From Felis catus (Eukaryota): a DNA stretch of 64,000 nucleotides. Position numbers and translations under genes: made by a program. The DNA lies in contig NC_058368.1 of assembly GCF_018350175.1 (NCBI RefSeq), positions 47,432,001 to 47,496,000 on the forward strand, given 5' to 3'. Below are positions 26,335 to 39,065 of this stretch, piece after piece (positions within the stretch are counted from its first letter, which is position 1; every line of letters begins with the position of its first letter). A model generated the notes under the pieces. The model worked only from the letters and a program-made list of their open reading frames with translations. It was not told where the DNA came from and searched no databases.

Positions 26335-26537
26335 GGGGCACCTGGGTGGCTCAGTCGGTTGGGCTTCCCACTCTTGGTTTTGGCTCAGGTCATGATCTCA
26401 GGGTCATGGATTCGGGCTCTATGTTGGGCTCTGCTGACAGAGTAGAGCCTGCTTGGGAATCGCTCTCTCTGCCCCAACCGTGCACACATACACATGAGTT
26501 CTCTTTCCAAATAAACTTAAAAAAAAAAAAAAAAAAT
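26335..26537 (+). mobile_element. Can-SINE
   Basis: TSD ATCA(C/T)ACATTATT. Confidence 0.9.
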
Positions 26538-28077
26538 CATACATTATTAGTGGGGATGCCCAGAATAGATCTCCATCCCTAGGGTTGGAACATTGTTTTC
26601 AGCTCAAGTTTGGCTGGGGAGGAATAAATCAGTGGGGACTGGGTGACACAGTTCCTGTATGACTTTAGGCCTATAAAATTATGGTTGGGCAGACACAAAA
26701 CTGATTTTTTAAAATCTTAAAGTTCACATTGGGAGTAGAAGGGAAGTATAAATTTTTTGGACACATTACCTCTGGAGAATGTATATGCATATTTGCAAAT
26801 CACCTTTTCAAAGTTATCTTATACAAAAGATGGAGGAATAATTCATATGCAGCCCTAGAAAATAAAAACATACTATCATTGTGTCATTTTCTTTATTTTT
26901 TGCACCTTATAAATTTATTGCTAACCTGCAAAAAGACCATTTCTTCCTGTGTACCTGATTCCTCTCCCCCAGCACACTAACCATTAAGCGGTTAGTCACT
27001 AGGTCCACTGCTCAAGACTCTATTATGAAATGGAGTCCTTAAGCACATGGGCTTTAGAATCAATATAAACTTAAATTTAACAACTACTGTGCAGTAGGAG
27101 GAATTCGGTTCCCTGGCTATGTTTTCTTAATAGCACAAGAAATAAGATAGTGATTATAGCTTGGGTTCGAATCCATCATCACTTACTACTTGATCTGGGA
27201 CATAAAACCTTCATCTTGTCATCTATTAAATGGGGAAAGTGGTTTTATCTAACAGGGCTTTTTAAGTGTAATATTCCACATATGCTACTTCGCCTAATAA
27301 CTGGCACTAGAAGCATTAGATTACCAAAGGTGAAGCGTTAGGATGAAAATTTGGTTTCTGGTCATCTTAAACTCCCCAATAAGGACTAATTCCTGAATCA
27401 GGTCTTCCTCATAAATGACACACAAGAAAACAAACTTGGAAAGTAGAAGGTTAGCCATTGCTTTAACCAAGAAGCCCCCATTTCCTTTTGTCGCAAGTAA
27501 ACTACGGGCTGTTGGCAAAGGATTTTTAAATGGTGGGGCGGTGGAAATCAAATGAGCAATATTTTGTGACACATGAAGTTTGTGATATTTAAATGCAAGG
27601 TTTTGTTTGAACACAGCCAGGCTTGTCTCCATACTGTCTGTAGCTGCTTTCGCACTGCAATGGAAGAGTTGAGTACCGTGTTGTAACACAGACTGTCCAG
27701 CATCGTCGAACATGGCTGGGCCTTTACAGAAAATGGCTTATTGGCACCTGCTCTTGCGTGTTCACTTACTACTTGGACCCAAGACCACTCCAAGTTATTT
27801 TCTTTAAACTGGAACAATTTCTGCCTCAATGTTGGGATGTTTTCCTCAGTAACAGGAAAACTAGAGTGCCTAAATTGTACACATTGTAATTATTCCCACT
27901 GAGTATGCCTGCTGATATATTTGCCAGTCCTTTCTCTGGCATTGCACCACAAGCCACTTCAAGGCAGAGACAGTTTACCTGACGTGGTGATGAGCATGGT
28001 ACATTGTAAGTACTTTAGAAATTGGATAAGCTAAGTAAAATCTTTTTTTTAAGGTAACTCTATCTCAAAATATTCTT

Positions 28078-28269
28078 TTTTTTTTTTAATCTTTATTTTT
28101 GAGAGAGAAAGAGACAATCTGAAGCAGGCTCCAGGCTCTGAGCTGTCAGCGCAGAGCCTGACGTGGGGCTTGAACTCACGAACTGCGAGATCATGACCTG
28201 AGCCGAAGTCGGACCGTTAACCGACTGAGCCCCATATCTCAAATATCTCATATTTGAGGCAGGCGCCCC
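28078..28269 (-). mobile_element. Can-SINE with an internal deletion and a rearranged head
   Basis: TSD TATCTCAAAATA at 28061 and 28271; about 28-nt insertion at 28232-28259. Confidence 0.88.
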
Positions 28270-29262
28270 ATATCTCAAAATAATTCTTAAAAAATAATCA
28301 TTACTAATCTTTGTGGTTAACAAGACATACCAAACTAATACTTACTTCAATTGTTCCCTTTAATATGTCCTTAACACGATCCCCCCTTTCCTACAGAACC
28401 TGATATGTATGCAGTTTAAAAGCCATTAATGACCTACTTTTTATAAGAAACATAACGTACATGTTTAATGTGCCCTCTCTCTTCTCTGAGTCCCAATGCC
28501 TTACTTGGAGGGGTGGAGGGGAAACTGTGAGCTCTAAGGTCAAGGATGGTGATCACACTTCTTGGTATTAAAAAAAAAACTTTTTCCAGTCAGATCCAAA
28601 TATCCTACTTCTTGCCTTCCTACAACATCCAATTCCCAAAAACTCACAGCTGTTTAAGGACCACTAATAAAAATACCGGAAGCTTTCAACAGTAAGGGAA
28701 CACTTAAAATAAATGAGGTAAATTAAAGATGGCAAAGGACTAAATTCCTTGACAAATCTTGACTTCATTGTCTTGCAATCTAATAACTGCCACACCAAAC
28801 ACGGACAGCTTTCAAGATTTAGAAAGAACAGATTGTTCCTGACTTCTCAAATGTTCTATCCTCCTCCATAGGAAAATGATAGGTTTTTTCTATCAATATT
28901 AAAAAATCAAATTGCTTATAAAATTAATCTGTTCTTTAGCAAGCAGACGAATGCTCTATTTAAATGATATTTACAGATCCTTGAAGTTGCTATCCTGTCA
29001 CTATTTACGTGATGGATATTCAATTGAATTTTTATGCATAAATAGTTCTGTTCAATTCAGAAATGAAGTAGTATGATGGGACAGACACAGTCAACAAACA
29101 GTTCAATAAAAATGCAAATTTTTAAAACTATTAAAATGTACTTAAGAGTAACAAACTGTATCACACACTTCTTAGGTTTAAAAGTGTTCACTCAAGGTTT
29201 CTTTTTTTTGTTTTTTTTTGTTTTAAGGAAACCAGTGTTTGAAGTTTTTTTGTTGACTGTAG

Positions 29263-29346
29263 CTATTTCTCACGTTTCTTCTTCTTTCTCTCTGGTTCAT
29301 TAATGTCCATGTTTGGAGTATCAACCGGAATGCTTATTCCTGGGAT
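29263..29346 (-). CDS. DIS3: DIS3 exon 21, IPGISIPVDTPNMDINEPERKKKKREK*
   Basis: Acceptor AG; TAG at 29265-29263; basic C-terminal NLS-like tail. Confidence 0.95.
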   Translation of the reverse strand: MPGISIPVDTPNMDINEPERKKKKREK

Positions 29347-29919
29347 CTAAAGTAATGCAAACAGGGAAAAAAAGGTCAGTAAAAGCATTAAATAAGAATA
29401 AATCTCATTCTCATCTTCCCCTTCCCCACTGACAACTTCAAATTTAAAAGGATATAGGGATAGAGAGGGAGAAGAAAGTAAAGGTTTTCCATACAAAGTA
29501 TACATATTTCACACACAAATGGTGGCTTAAAATGTAAAAGGTAGACAGTCTCTGGATGGTAAGCTGTCAGTGACACTGTCACTGTCATTTGTAAAGTGTG
29601 GTTGAACTTGAACACTTCCAGTTTACCCTAGCTAGGCCCCTGTAACAGTCAGCATCAGAGGCCTTAGGTGTGTGGGACAGAATAAGGTTAAGAACCAGTA
29701 TCTTAGGGGGAAACATACTTAATCTTCAAAAGTTCAGATTTCAAAACCAATTAAAGTGAGAAGGGACCAGGCAGGATATCTCAGAGATGTCTCAGCATCT
29801 GATACTGAGGACCTTTTCCAAAGAATCCCCAATATCTGGGATCCCACAGCTTAGGAAAATCAGTCACAAAATATATTTGCTATGCAAATATCTGGCCTCT
29901 ACACTATTTACAAGATCCT

Positions 29920-30121
29920 CTTTATTTTTATTTATTTTTCTACCGTTTATTTATTTTTGAGAGAGCGAGAGAAGCAGAAAGAGAGGGAGAGAGAGAATCC
30001 CAAGCTGGCTCCATGCTCAGTGCAGAGCCCTATGCAGGGCTCGATGCCACCTCCATGAGTTCACGACCTGAGTTGATATCAAGAGTTGGAGGCTCAACCA
30101 ACTGAGCCACCCAGGCTCCCC
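29920..30121 (-). mobile_element. Can-SINE
   Basis: SINEC body in DIS3 intron 20. Confidence 0.88.
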
Positions 30122-30225
30122 AATTCTCTATTCCTGAACAGAAATAACTTATGACCACACTCCTGTTTTTCACACAATATGTGCTATATCCCATCACAAC
30201 ACGGACAGTTTAAGTTTGGTCTTAC

Positions 30226-30348
30226 CTGTGGTTCTACCAGGGACATTCGGATTTTCTGATGCTGAAGATTAGATGAGTCTAACATGATTTTCACTTTAAC
30301 TTTATCAAAAATATGGAACACTGTATCCTCTATTTTAAGTGAAGGAAT
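30226..30348 (-). CDS. DIS3: DIS3 exon 20 (S1 domain)
   Basis: AG/GT; 123 nt; IPSLKIEDTVFHIFDKVKV. Confidence 0.96.
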
Positions 30349-31021
30349 CTAAACAAAACATATTTTACTGCTTTTTAAACTGCTTTCATACACTTGAGGT
30401 TTGTTCTAGTTCTTTATCTTTCACATTGATTTAAAAGTTTACATTAAATAATTACTTCCATATTTAATAAGCATCTAGGTGTTCAATATAACAAAAACCA
30501 TCAATCTAGTAGCTTCACGTATACGTGGCCTATTTATGTGCATACTACCCATTTTCAGTAAAATGGTCCCACTGTATACATTCATTCATCTCAGGATTCT
30601 CACCCCATTCATCAGCAAATTGTTGGTCTACTAGAAGAAAAGGTACTGTGGGCAAGGTCTGCTGTTTTGTAGTTCTATTAAGGTTAGGGAAGTAGGGAGT
30701 GTGTCAGATAAGAGATGCTGGAAAGAGGTTTAAAAAATTCCTCCAGGCTATAAGCAATCATTTATTCCATTAATGCATCTGTCTGCCTAGTGCAAAGCAT
30801 AATTCAAGTTTTCCTTGGAGGGGGAAACTACACAACGTAAAATCAAGGACAACACTTGTATGTGAGAAGATATACGGAGGTGGGAAATTATGAACAGAAC
30901 AAACTTAGTTGGCACAAGTAACTGTAGCATACAAAACATAATTTTATCCTTTTTAGGTACCATTAAAAAAAGTGCCCCCTCCAGAAAAAAAAACAAAACA
31001 AGAACATTAGAAATACTATAC

Positions 31022-31180
31022 CTCATCATCATAAATAAGCCTTGGCTTTGGTTTGTCCTTTTCTTCAAAAAAGACTGTACCTTCTAAACCATACTTTGGA
31101 ATTAACACCACAATAGCATTCTTCCTTACAAATAGAATATAGGCCTCTTCACTTACTATTCCTTTACTTTTGAAGAACAA
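31022..31180 (-). CDS. DIS3: DIS3 exon 19
   Basis: AG/GT; 159 nt; LFFKSKGIVSEEAYILFV. Confidence 0.96.
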
Positions 31181-31315
31181 CTGTAAAATAACATATAACA
31201 TTATTAAGGATTATCTTAAAGTATTTTTTTTGGAAATTAACAAAAAGCATTCTGAAATTAAATTAAAGGTGAACAAAACCTCATCTCTCCAATATTACTG
31301 ACAGAGGGCAAATAC

Positions 31316-31484
31316 CTGAGTATGAAAAGCTACTGATGCACGTTGGGCATACTGAGCCATTTTGTGCCTGAAATTAAGATTTTTACATAAATCTGCAAGC
31401 TTGTGTTTGTCTGTCAACTCTGGGTAAGTACAGTCAGCCCCAATAGCCACAGCCAACAACCGATGAACGATGATATCTGCATAT
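31316..31484 (-). CDS. DIS3: DIS3 exon 18
   Basis: AG/GT; 169 nt; YADIIVHRLL (RNB motif). Confidence 0.97.
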
Positions 31485-31596
31485 CTAGACACATGAAGGA
31501 GAAAGAAAAAATCACACTATGTTAGCATTAAAGCATCTTTTCACAATTGAAAATCAACTATTCTCTATCTCCTATAATTTTATAAGAAAAAAGTAC

Positions 31597-31811
31597 CTTC
31601 TGATGGGTGAAGTAAAATGTGTATAGATAGGGGATGCTAAGCCATAGTGATGAAAATCATTATCCATTCCAGAGCAGAAGTACACGGCCTGCATCATACA
31701 GCGAGTGGCTAATATCCTTAAGAGAGTGTTTAGATACGGGAAGGTAGGAGAATCAGCCCGGTCCAAAGAGTCAGCCAAGGACTTGGCTGTATCGGTTTTA
31801 ATTTCCAAATT
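31597..31811 (-). CDS. DIS3: DIS3 exon 17
   Basis: AG/GT; 215 nt; [18 protein letters not shown]ase II signature, including R780. Confidence 0.97.
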
Positions 31812-33171
31812 CTAAGAGCAATGAAGGGGAAAGAGCATCATATTAAACATTTTAAAATCAGTACCATCATGTCTTCAAAACACAAATTATATTGAATAAA
31901 TATGGTGGTCTTGACCAGATGGTATTTATACCTTTTTTCCTTAACCTAAGAGAACTACAAATAATTTATAGAAAGTAATGATTATTTTGTGTAACATCAA
32001 AGCTGAAAATTTTCTGAATGCATTTAAAGGTACTAAGTATCAACCTCCTGCAGAAGTTTCAAAGGGGAAATGGACGGTGGTAGCAGTAGCTCCGTTTCTC
32101 CAAGTCCAATTGGTGCCTGCCTATTCTTTGTTGCAATAGGAAAAAAAAAAAAAAATCAAAGCAGATCTGGATCCTTGTCAGCATGTCTGGATTTCCCCTG
32201 CAGGTATTTATTTTCCTTCCATTCAAAGTAGAAGTAAAGGCCAGAAGCAAACTAAAACTTTATTGGTCACTAAAGCCCAATCTGCTGATACATCAAAGTA
32301 ACTGCTTTGTTCTACTGTGGGAGAGGAGGCAAAAATACTTAAATCCTCCTTCCTCTACCCAGATCTTAGGAAGAAATAAGACAGTAAGAGAAAATTCCCC
32401 AATTTACAGTGCAAGCCTTACAGCAGAGAAGCTAATTCCATTCTTATGGACATGATAGGAGTAGTAGGCCCACCAGAAAGATTTGAAAAATCAGAAACCA
32501 ACACCATTCCATTAGAATAATACCCTGAGGCCCAATACTACTTCCAGCTCTATTCTGGGCAGGAAAGGTTGGACTTGAATAAGTGATCCAAAGAAAACCA
32601 ATGTAAGCCGTAGTCCCCTCAAGGGTAAGGGTAATTATGCCTAAATGAAAGTCCACTAACCAAAGCTATGTGGTGGAGGATACAATACCCTTTCTAGATA
32701 TTTCCATTTCCCTAATGTATGCAGTAAATGGAGTTACTTCTTAGAGACATGATATAAAGAGGGCTTAACTGAGTTGAAGAGGGAAAAAATTATTTCTAAG
32801 TCTCTAAAGTTAGGCAGTTCAGAGGAGGCATGAAATAACACAGGCATAAAGAACATGTATAAAGGCAAAGAAATATGGAAGAGCTTCATATGTTCAGAAT
32901 ATTGCAAATAACTTAGTCTGGAACTTATGGCTGTAGCATAGGGTGCTCTTTAAGGACATTAAAGAATTTTATTAAGCAAATGATTTCAGTATGGGAAGAG
33001 AAGACTACATCCAAGTTAGGTAAATTTTTTTCTTTAAATCAAAGATACTCCTGTCATATTTTTGTATCAAAAAACAACGCAACTTTCCTGTAGATGCAAA
33101 TACAGATAATATAGTACAACAGATAGATCACAACACAAATACAGATGATTTTGCAAACTATGTGACCTTAC

Positions 33172-33328
33172 CTTGGATTTAGCTGCCTTAACAAGAATTT
33201 CATAATTTGATGGAGGAGGAGCAGGATGTTTTCGAAGCAGGGCATGTTCTGAAAATTCTTCGTGAATTTTTTTTGCAACAGAGATATTGGCAAGTAACAT
33301 AAATTCTTCCACCATGGAATTTGTTTCT
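33172..33328 (-). CDS. DIS3: DIS3 exon 16
   Basis: AG/GT; 157 nt; [14 protein letters not shown]. Confidence 0.97.
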
Positions 33329-33572
33329 CTGCCAACGGAAAAATCATTAAACAAGGATATCACATTTATTCCCAGGTTATCTTCTCTATCAGGGAGACAA
33401 TAGACATACTTCCTATGTAAACATTCATAGTGTGTGCACATGCTTGTTTTTAATAACTTCTGACTCTCATTTTTCAGCTGTGGTGTTAACAGTCTCTTAC
33501 TATGCATCTACTACATAAGTAAATCTCATGTGAGAGACTTTAAAACTGCATTTAAAAAATAAAAGCTTTACA

Positions 33573-33770
33573 GGGAACCTGAGTGGCTCAGTCGGTGAAG
33601 CATCTGACCCTTGATTTTGGCTCAGGTCATGATATCTCGGGTTCGGAGATGGAGCCCCGCATCGGGCTTGTGTGGAGTCTACTTAGGGTTCTCTCTCTCC
33701 CTCTGAGTCCCTTCACTGCTCTCATTCTCTCTCTCTCAAAAATAAATAAACTTTAAAATAAATGAATAAA
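33573..33770 (+). mobile_element. Can-SINE
   Basis: SINEC head and tail. Confidence 0.85.
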
Positions 33771-34037
33771 GCTCACTAACTCTAGTAATATATAAAATCT
33801 AAACTGTACTGAACATTTCACCTTCTTTTACTAAGTCTGAAGAGATTTTTAACTATAAATGCATTTAAAAAGTTTACTAAGAATTAAAAGCTATTTAGAT
33901 CAGATCAATTTGGGCTTAAAAAATTAAAATTTTCACCAATAAATCACAAAAATGAAGAAATTATATTTACATTAGCCATTCTGGGTATTTATTACAGGCC
34001 AGACATTGCACTATGTTGTAAGATATCTATCTATATC

Positions 34038-34040
<3 letters not shown>

Positions 34041-34092
<52 letters not shown>
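34041..34092. repeat. (AC)n microsatellite, about 26 units
   Basis: Direct reading. Confidence 0.95.
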
Positions 34093-34094
<2 letters not shown>

Positions 34095-35331
34095 TAGTCC
34101 TGTTTTGCAGATGACAAAACTAAGGATGTGTAGCATTATTCTCTTGCTCAAAGTCGGAGTTAGTAGTAACAAGACCCAAGCCCACATAATCTGACTTCAA
34201 AACTCTTAACCAATTTCCTAGTCCTCTCACTCTGTATCGTTAGTCCATGTCTATTTACAACTTAGGTTAGTAAATTATCTGTGTTCTGTTTACACTGTGT
34301 TTTCTTTCTCCCAAGTCACTAACATGATGTTGATCTTTCATTCATGTTTCCATTTTTAACAACATCCTAGAACTTCTTGACTAGATTCCTTTTACTTTTT
34401 AAATATTAGGAAGGCCTCTAATCGTACCTTTAAAACTACAATCTGTTAGAAATTTGTTTTTTCTTCTTGGTAAGAAGAAATGGATGATGTTCTACTTTGG
34501 CAAAGTTACATTCAACATTTTCCTCAAAAAAACCCTCTTAGTAATAGGCTTACTATTCATATTAACATTACTTATATTTGACCAATAGTTCACCCAAAAG
34601 TATTTTTTAATTGTAGCTCTAATTTTGTAATTTTATAAAGCACAAAATGAGCATGTACTCAAATTTCTGGTCCTAAGAAACCTGAGTGCATGCTCATTTT
34701 TAATCCTTGTTTATCTAATGGAAAAAAGTGTAAGTATACATTTAATGTCAGAATTACCTGGTAAGAGGCATGGAAAAGAGGCCTAACTCTGATTTAACCA
34801 AAAATAGCCTTTCTTCCTAAATCAATACAACAGTAACAATAACATGGGTATTCTTAACACCCTGTGAGATAGGTACCATTCAATCCCACTTTACCAACAA
34901 ACAGAGGTATAGAAATGTTAAGTAACTTGTCTGGAGCCATTGGAGAAAGTGAGATCCAAACCTAGGTAGTCTGGCTTCAAAGCACATGATCTTGACCACT
35001 ATTCTCTTCTACATTAAATATTAAATTACTAGGGCAATCTTTTACTTACCACAACTATTACTAGTCAAGTTCTATTATCAAGTTGAATCAAGACCAATTC
35101 AAGTTCAAAATTTTTCTATTATAATAATACTTCTCAATTTTACATAAGATAGACTAAAAAGCAAAATGATACTTACTTTTCTCTATATAAGTCAAAAAAC
35201 TACAGAAATCACAGCCCTACTAGAAATAGGTATTTTGGGTATAAATGTATTTTGTTTATTATTACATATACTAGATATTACATTTAAGATAAGATAAAAA
35301 TCTTATCTAATGCCCATTAAAAGTTACATAC

Positions 35332-35418
35332 CTAAGTTCCTTGGTCTGCAGATCTATAGGATCATGAGTTTCACTGTCCATGTGGAATCGAACTTCTGGA
35401 GAAGAAAGTGTCAAAGCC
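35332..35418 (-). CDS. DIS3: DIS3 exon 15
   Basis: AG/GT; 87 nt; ALTLSSPEVRFHMDSETHDP. Confidence 0.96.
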
Positions 35419-35634
35419 CTAAATAAAAATCAAAGAGGTAAATTAGTCAAGTGAGCCAATAACAGACATAATTCCAGAAGTGATGCTTTTAAAATAGAAA
35501 ATGATTATAACAAAAGCATTAACAGTTTTCCTTCTGAAGGCTTTAAGGTCAACCTGCTAAGTTTTATGTTCTATTTTTATAGAAAGCTTTGTATCTTACA
35601 GATCTAAAATGTATTTAAAAAGAGAACAATAGTG

Positions 35635-35854
35635 AGGCGCCTGGGTGGATCAGTCAGTTAAGTGTTTGACTCTTGATTTCAGCTCAGGTCATGATCTCAT
35701 GGTTGTGGGGTTGTCAGGCTCTGTGCCGACAACACAAAACATGCTTGGGATTCTCTCTCTCCCTCTCTTTCTACCCCTCCCCTGCTCATGCACATTTTCT
35801 CTCATTCTCTCAAAATACATAAACATTTTTAAAAACTTAAAAAAAAAAAAAAAA
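35635..35854 (+). mobile_element. Can-SINE
   Basis: SINEC head and tail; TSD core ACAATAG. Confidence 0.88.
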
Positions 35855-36354
35855 GGACAATAGCAACACAATAAGAGTCCTGGTGCTTCTGAGAATCTAA
35901 ATATGTTCTGTACCCAAACTATGGGCTTTTATTGAGCTACAGGAGTCTATAATCACTTTTACAAATGAAGAAGATAACAGGTAGGGTTTTATTTACTACT
36001 GAAAATAATGAATTGGGGAAAGGGATGACAGAGAGAGGCAAAAGAGAAGCTGCCATGTGTAGATGAGTACTATCAGAAGACCCACAGTTCAAAAGTACCT
36101 CCACGTTCACTCAGCCAACATAGAGGGGACTGATAAACTACTACCCTGATATGCTACACACACTGACAGCTACTGATCTGGAATGCTACATGTCAGATAA
36201 CACCCTATGTTAAGTGCTTTCTGTGCATGGTTCACTTAATGAGTTAGCAAGTTCTCCTGTGAAAAGTAAATTCCAACAAGGAAAATCTTATGTTTCTTCA
36301 TACCTTGATGCTATTTTCATCAGCTCCAAACCAACTTAAAGAATTTTAATGAAG

Positions 36355-36563
36355 GGGCGCCTGGGTGGCTCAGTTGGTTGAGCGTCCGACTTTGGCTTAG
36401 GTCATGATCTTGCAGTTCGTGAGTTTGAGCCCCGTGTCAGGCTCTGTGCTGACAGCTCAGAGCCTGGAGCCTGCTTTGGATTCTGTGTCTCCCTCTCTCT
36501 CTGTCTCTTCCCCGCTCATGCTCTGTCTCTCAAAAATGAATAAACGTTAAAAAAAATTTTTTT
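36355..36563 (+). mobile_element. Can-SINE
   Basis: Perfect TSD AAAGAATTTTAATGAAG at 36338-36354 and 36564-36580. Confidence 0.93.
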
Positions 36564-37044
36564 AAAGAATTTTAATGAAGCTGGGTAACCCTAAACAATC
36601 ATGGAAAAGGGGGAAATGTAAAGGAAAAAAAGATGAAATGGTGCAAGCTAATTCTTCACCTTTTCCCTCAGTTCTTCAGCTTTATTAGAAGAACAACCAA
36701 AGGAATACTGGAGAGAGAATCTTGATCCATTTTCCTTTCTTGCTACGCAGTCTTTACAACAAGATTCTACACTACGTTTAGTCTGTGTTTAATACATCTG
36801 GCCTAAAAAGCAATTCTCTCTAAGACTGAGAAGATTCAATGATGTGTTTTTACCAGGAAATGACTGTCTAGTTATTAAATTAAGTAGACTGTTTTTGACA
36901 TTAAAAATTATCTTTCCTGTCCTAATTAAGAGAAGCTATGTTACAAGTACAAATTTCTCTCCCTTACTTTAAAACCACCAAAATGAATATAGTTTCAATT
37001 TGCATTTTATTCATTTTGCTTTTAAAACAAACTTTTTAAAACTT

Positions 37045-37245
37045 TTAAACATTTATTCATTTTTGAGAGAGAGAAAGAGACAGGGCATGAGCAGGGGAGG
37101 GGCAGAGAGAGGGAGACACAGTATCTGAAGCAGGCTCCAAGCTCTGTCAGCACAGAGCCCAATGTGGGGCTCGAACCCACGAACTGTGAGATCATGACCT
37201 GAGCTGAAGTCAGACGCTTAACTGACTTAGCCACCCAAATGCCCC
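37045..37245 (-). mobile_element. Can-SINE
   Basis: TSD TAAAACTTT. Confidence 0.9.
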
Positions 37246-37359
37246 TAAAACTTTCTAGAAGTTATCTTTACACACTCTCTTCTGATGTCTGGCATACTAA
37301 AAACCTTCACTCACCTGTGTGAAGAGACAGGGATGGCTCAGTGCAACTACCTAGAGAAC

Positions 37360-37545
37360 AACACTGTCCAATGGAACTTTCAGTAGGGATTTAAATGTTC
37401 TCTATTCACATTCTCCATTATGGTAGACTAGCCATAAGTGACTAGTGAAATGTGGCTACTGTGACTCAGAAACTAAATTCTTAATTTCCATTAGTTGTAA
37501 TGGATTTTAATTTAAATAGGCACATCTCATGACACAACACAGAAC
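37360..37545. mobile_element. hAT-Charlie MITE (MER3-like)
   Basis: CTGTCCAATGGAACTTTC...GAAATGTGGCTA; family name from recall. Confidence 0.6.
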
Positions 37546-37684
37546 ATCTTGTGCTCCCCAAAAAAAGCACTTTTAGTAGCCGCTTGTAACCCTACCCTGA
37601 TGGGCATTGGGCATGGTTACCCATAGACCAACATCTGGAAGCCAGCTGTACTTGCTTCACTCTGATGGTTGATGATGTCTTCTG

Positions 37685-37890
37685 TTATTTAAATGTTTAT
37701 TTGTGAAAGAGAGAGAGACACACAGTGTGAGCAGGCGAGGGGCAGAGAGAGGGAGACACAGAATCTGAAGCAGGCTCCAGGCTCGGAGCTGTCTGCACAG
37801 AGCCCGATGCAGAGCTCGAACTCACGAACTGCAAGATCATGACCTGAGCTGAAGTCAGATGCTTAAATGACTAAGCCACCCAGGCGCCCC
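37685..37890 (-). mobile_element. Can-SINE
   Basis: TSD GATGTCTT. Confidence 0.9.
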
Positions 37891-38289
37891 AAGGATGTCT
37901 TTTAGAAATCAAATTTCTTTTACCTACTTTATCTCAACACATTTGGGTACCTGGATACTACTTATCTCACACTGTTGCAGTTAGGCAAATCCAATGATAT
38001 AACAGCTAAGAGACACATACCTGCCACTAGCTATCAGATCTTTGGGAAGACTGCTTCTATGTAACTTTTAATCATTTAAAAAATGAAGGTATTGGATTAA
38101 ATAATCTCTAAAATCACTTCAAACTCTAAAGTGCAATAAGTTCATCCACATTTATTTAAGCATCTGAAAACCAATGTTCAATATGGAAACTCATTTCTAA
38201 CTAAAATTAGAAACAATCTGCAGAAGAGTCTTAAGGAGCTCTTGCCTCTCTAGAATCTCTTCCAGATCTTTAGCTCAAATATATCAGGT

Positions 38290-38498
38290 CTTTCTTTTTT
38301 TTAAATGTTTATTTTTGAGAGAGAGACAGAGCATGAACAGGGGGGAGGGGCAGAGAGCGTGAGACACAGAATCTGAAGCAGGCTCCAGGCTCTGAGTTGT
38401 CAGCACAGAGCCTGACGCGGGGCTCAAACCCACAAATTGTGAGATCATGACCTGAGCCAAAGTCAGAAGCTTAACCGACTGAGCCACCCAGGCGCCCC
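38290..38498 (-). mobile_element. Can-SINE
   Basis: Full SINEC body. Confidence 0.9.
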
Positions 38499-38721
38499 TC
38501 ACATGTATCAGTTTTTAGCACAATAAAGTACAAAGACAGAACTACTAAACAAACATCAGTTCAGAATCAAGCAAGTTGCAAACCTAAAAGGTAGCCAAAA
38601 GAAAAAGAAATGTCTCTACTTAAGAGTTTCTATTCAGCTCATTAAATAAATCATCATTATCTGTGACAAAACACTTTAAAAAGTTCACAAGTTATCTTAT
38701 TACCAGAATAAATAAAGATAC

Positions 38722-38901
38722 TTTTTTTTTTTTTTTTGACTGAGAGAGAGTACGATCGGGGAGGGGCAGAGAGAGAGGAGAACAGAGGATCCTAAACAGG
38801 CTCTGCACTGACAGCATCAAGCCCAATGTGGGGCTTGAACCGTGAGATCATGACCTGAGCCGAAGTTGGATATTCAACCGACTGAACCACCCAGGTGCCC
38901 C
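38722..38901 (-). mobile_element. Can-SINE
   Basis: TSD AAGATACTT; head about 35 nt from the DIS3 exon 14 donor. Confidence 0.88.
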
Positions 38902-38937
38902 TAAATTAAGATACTTCTTAATATTTTTGAAATGTAC

Positions 38938-39065
38938 CCTTTTTCAATTCTTCTTTTTTTCAAAATTTTAGCGAGTTTATTTAGTCCACGGAGACTAGTG
39001 GTAATATCATCATTCATGGCTGTGGAATCAATCCTCATCTGAGCTTCAGCATACGTAAGAGAAGC
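38938..39065 (-). CDS. DIS3: DIS3 exon 14
   Basis: AG/GT; 128 nt; ASLTYAEAQMRID. Confidence 0.96.
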
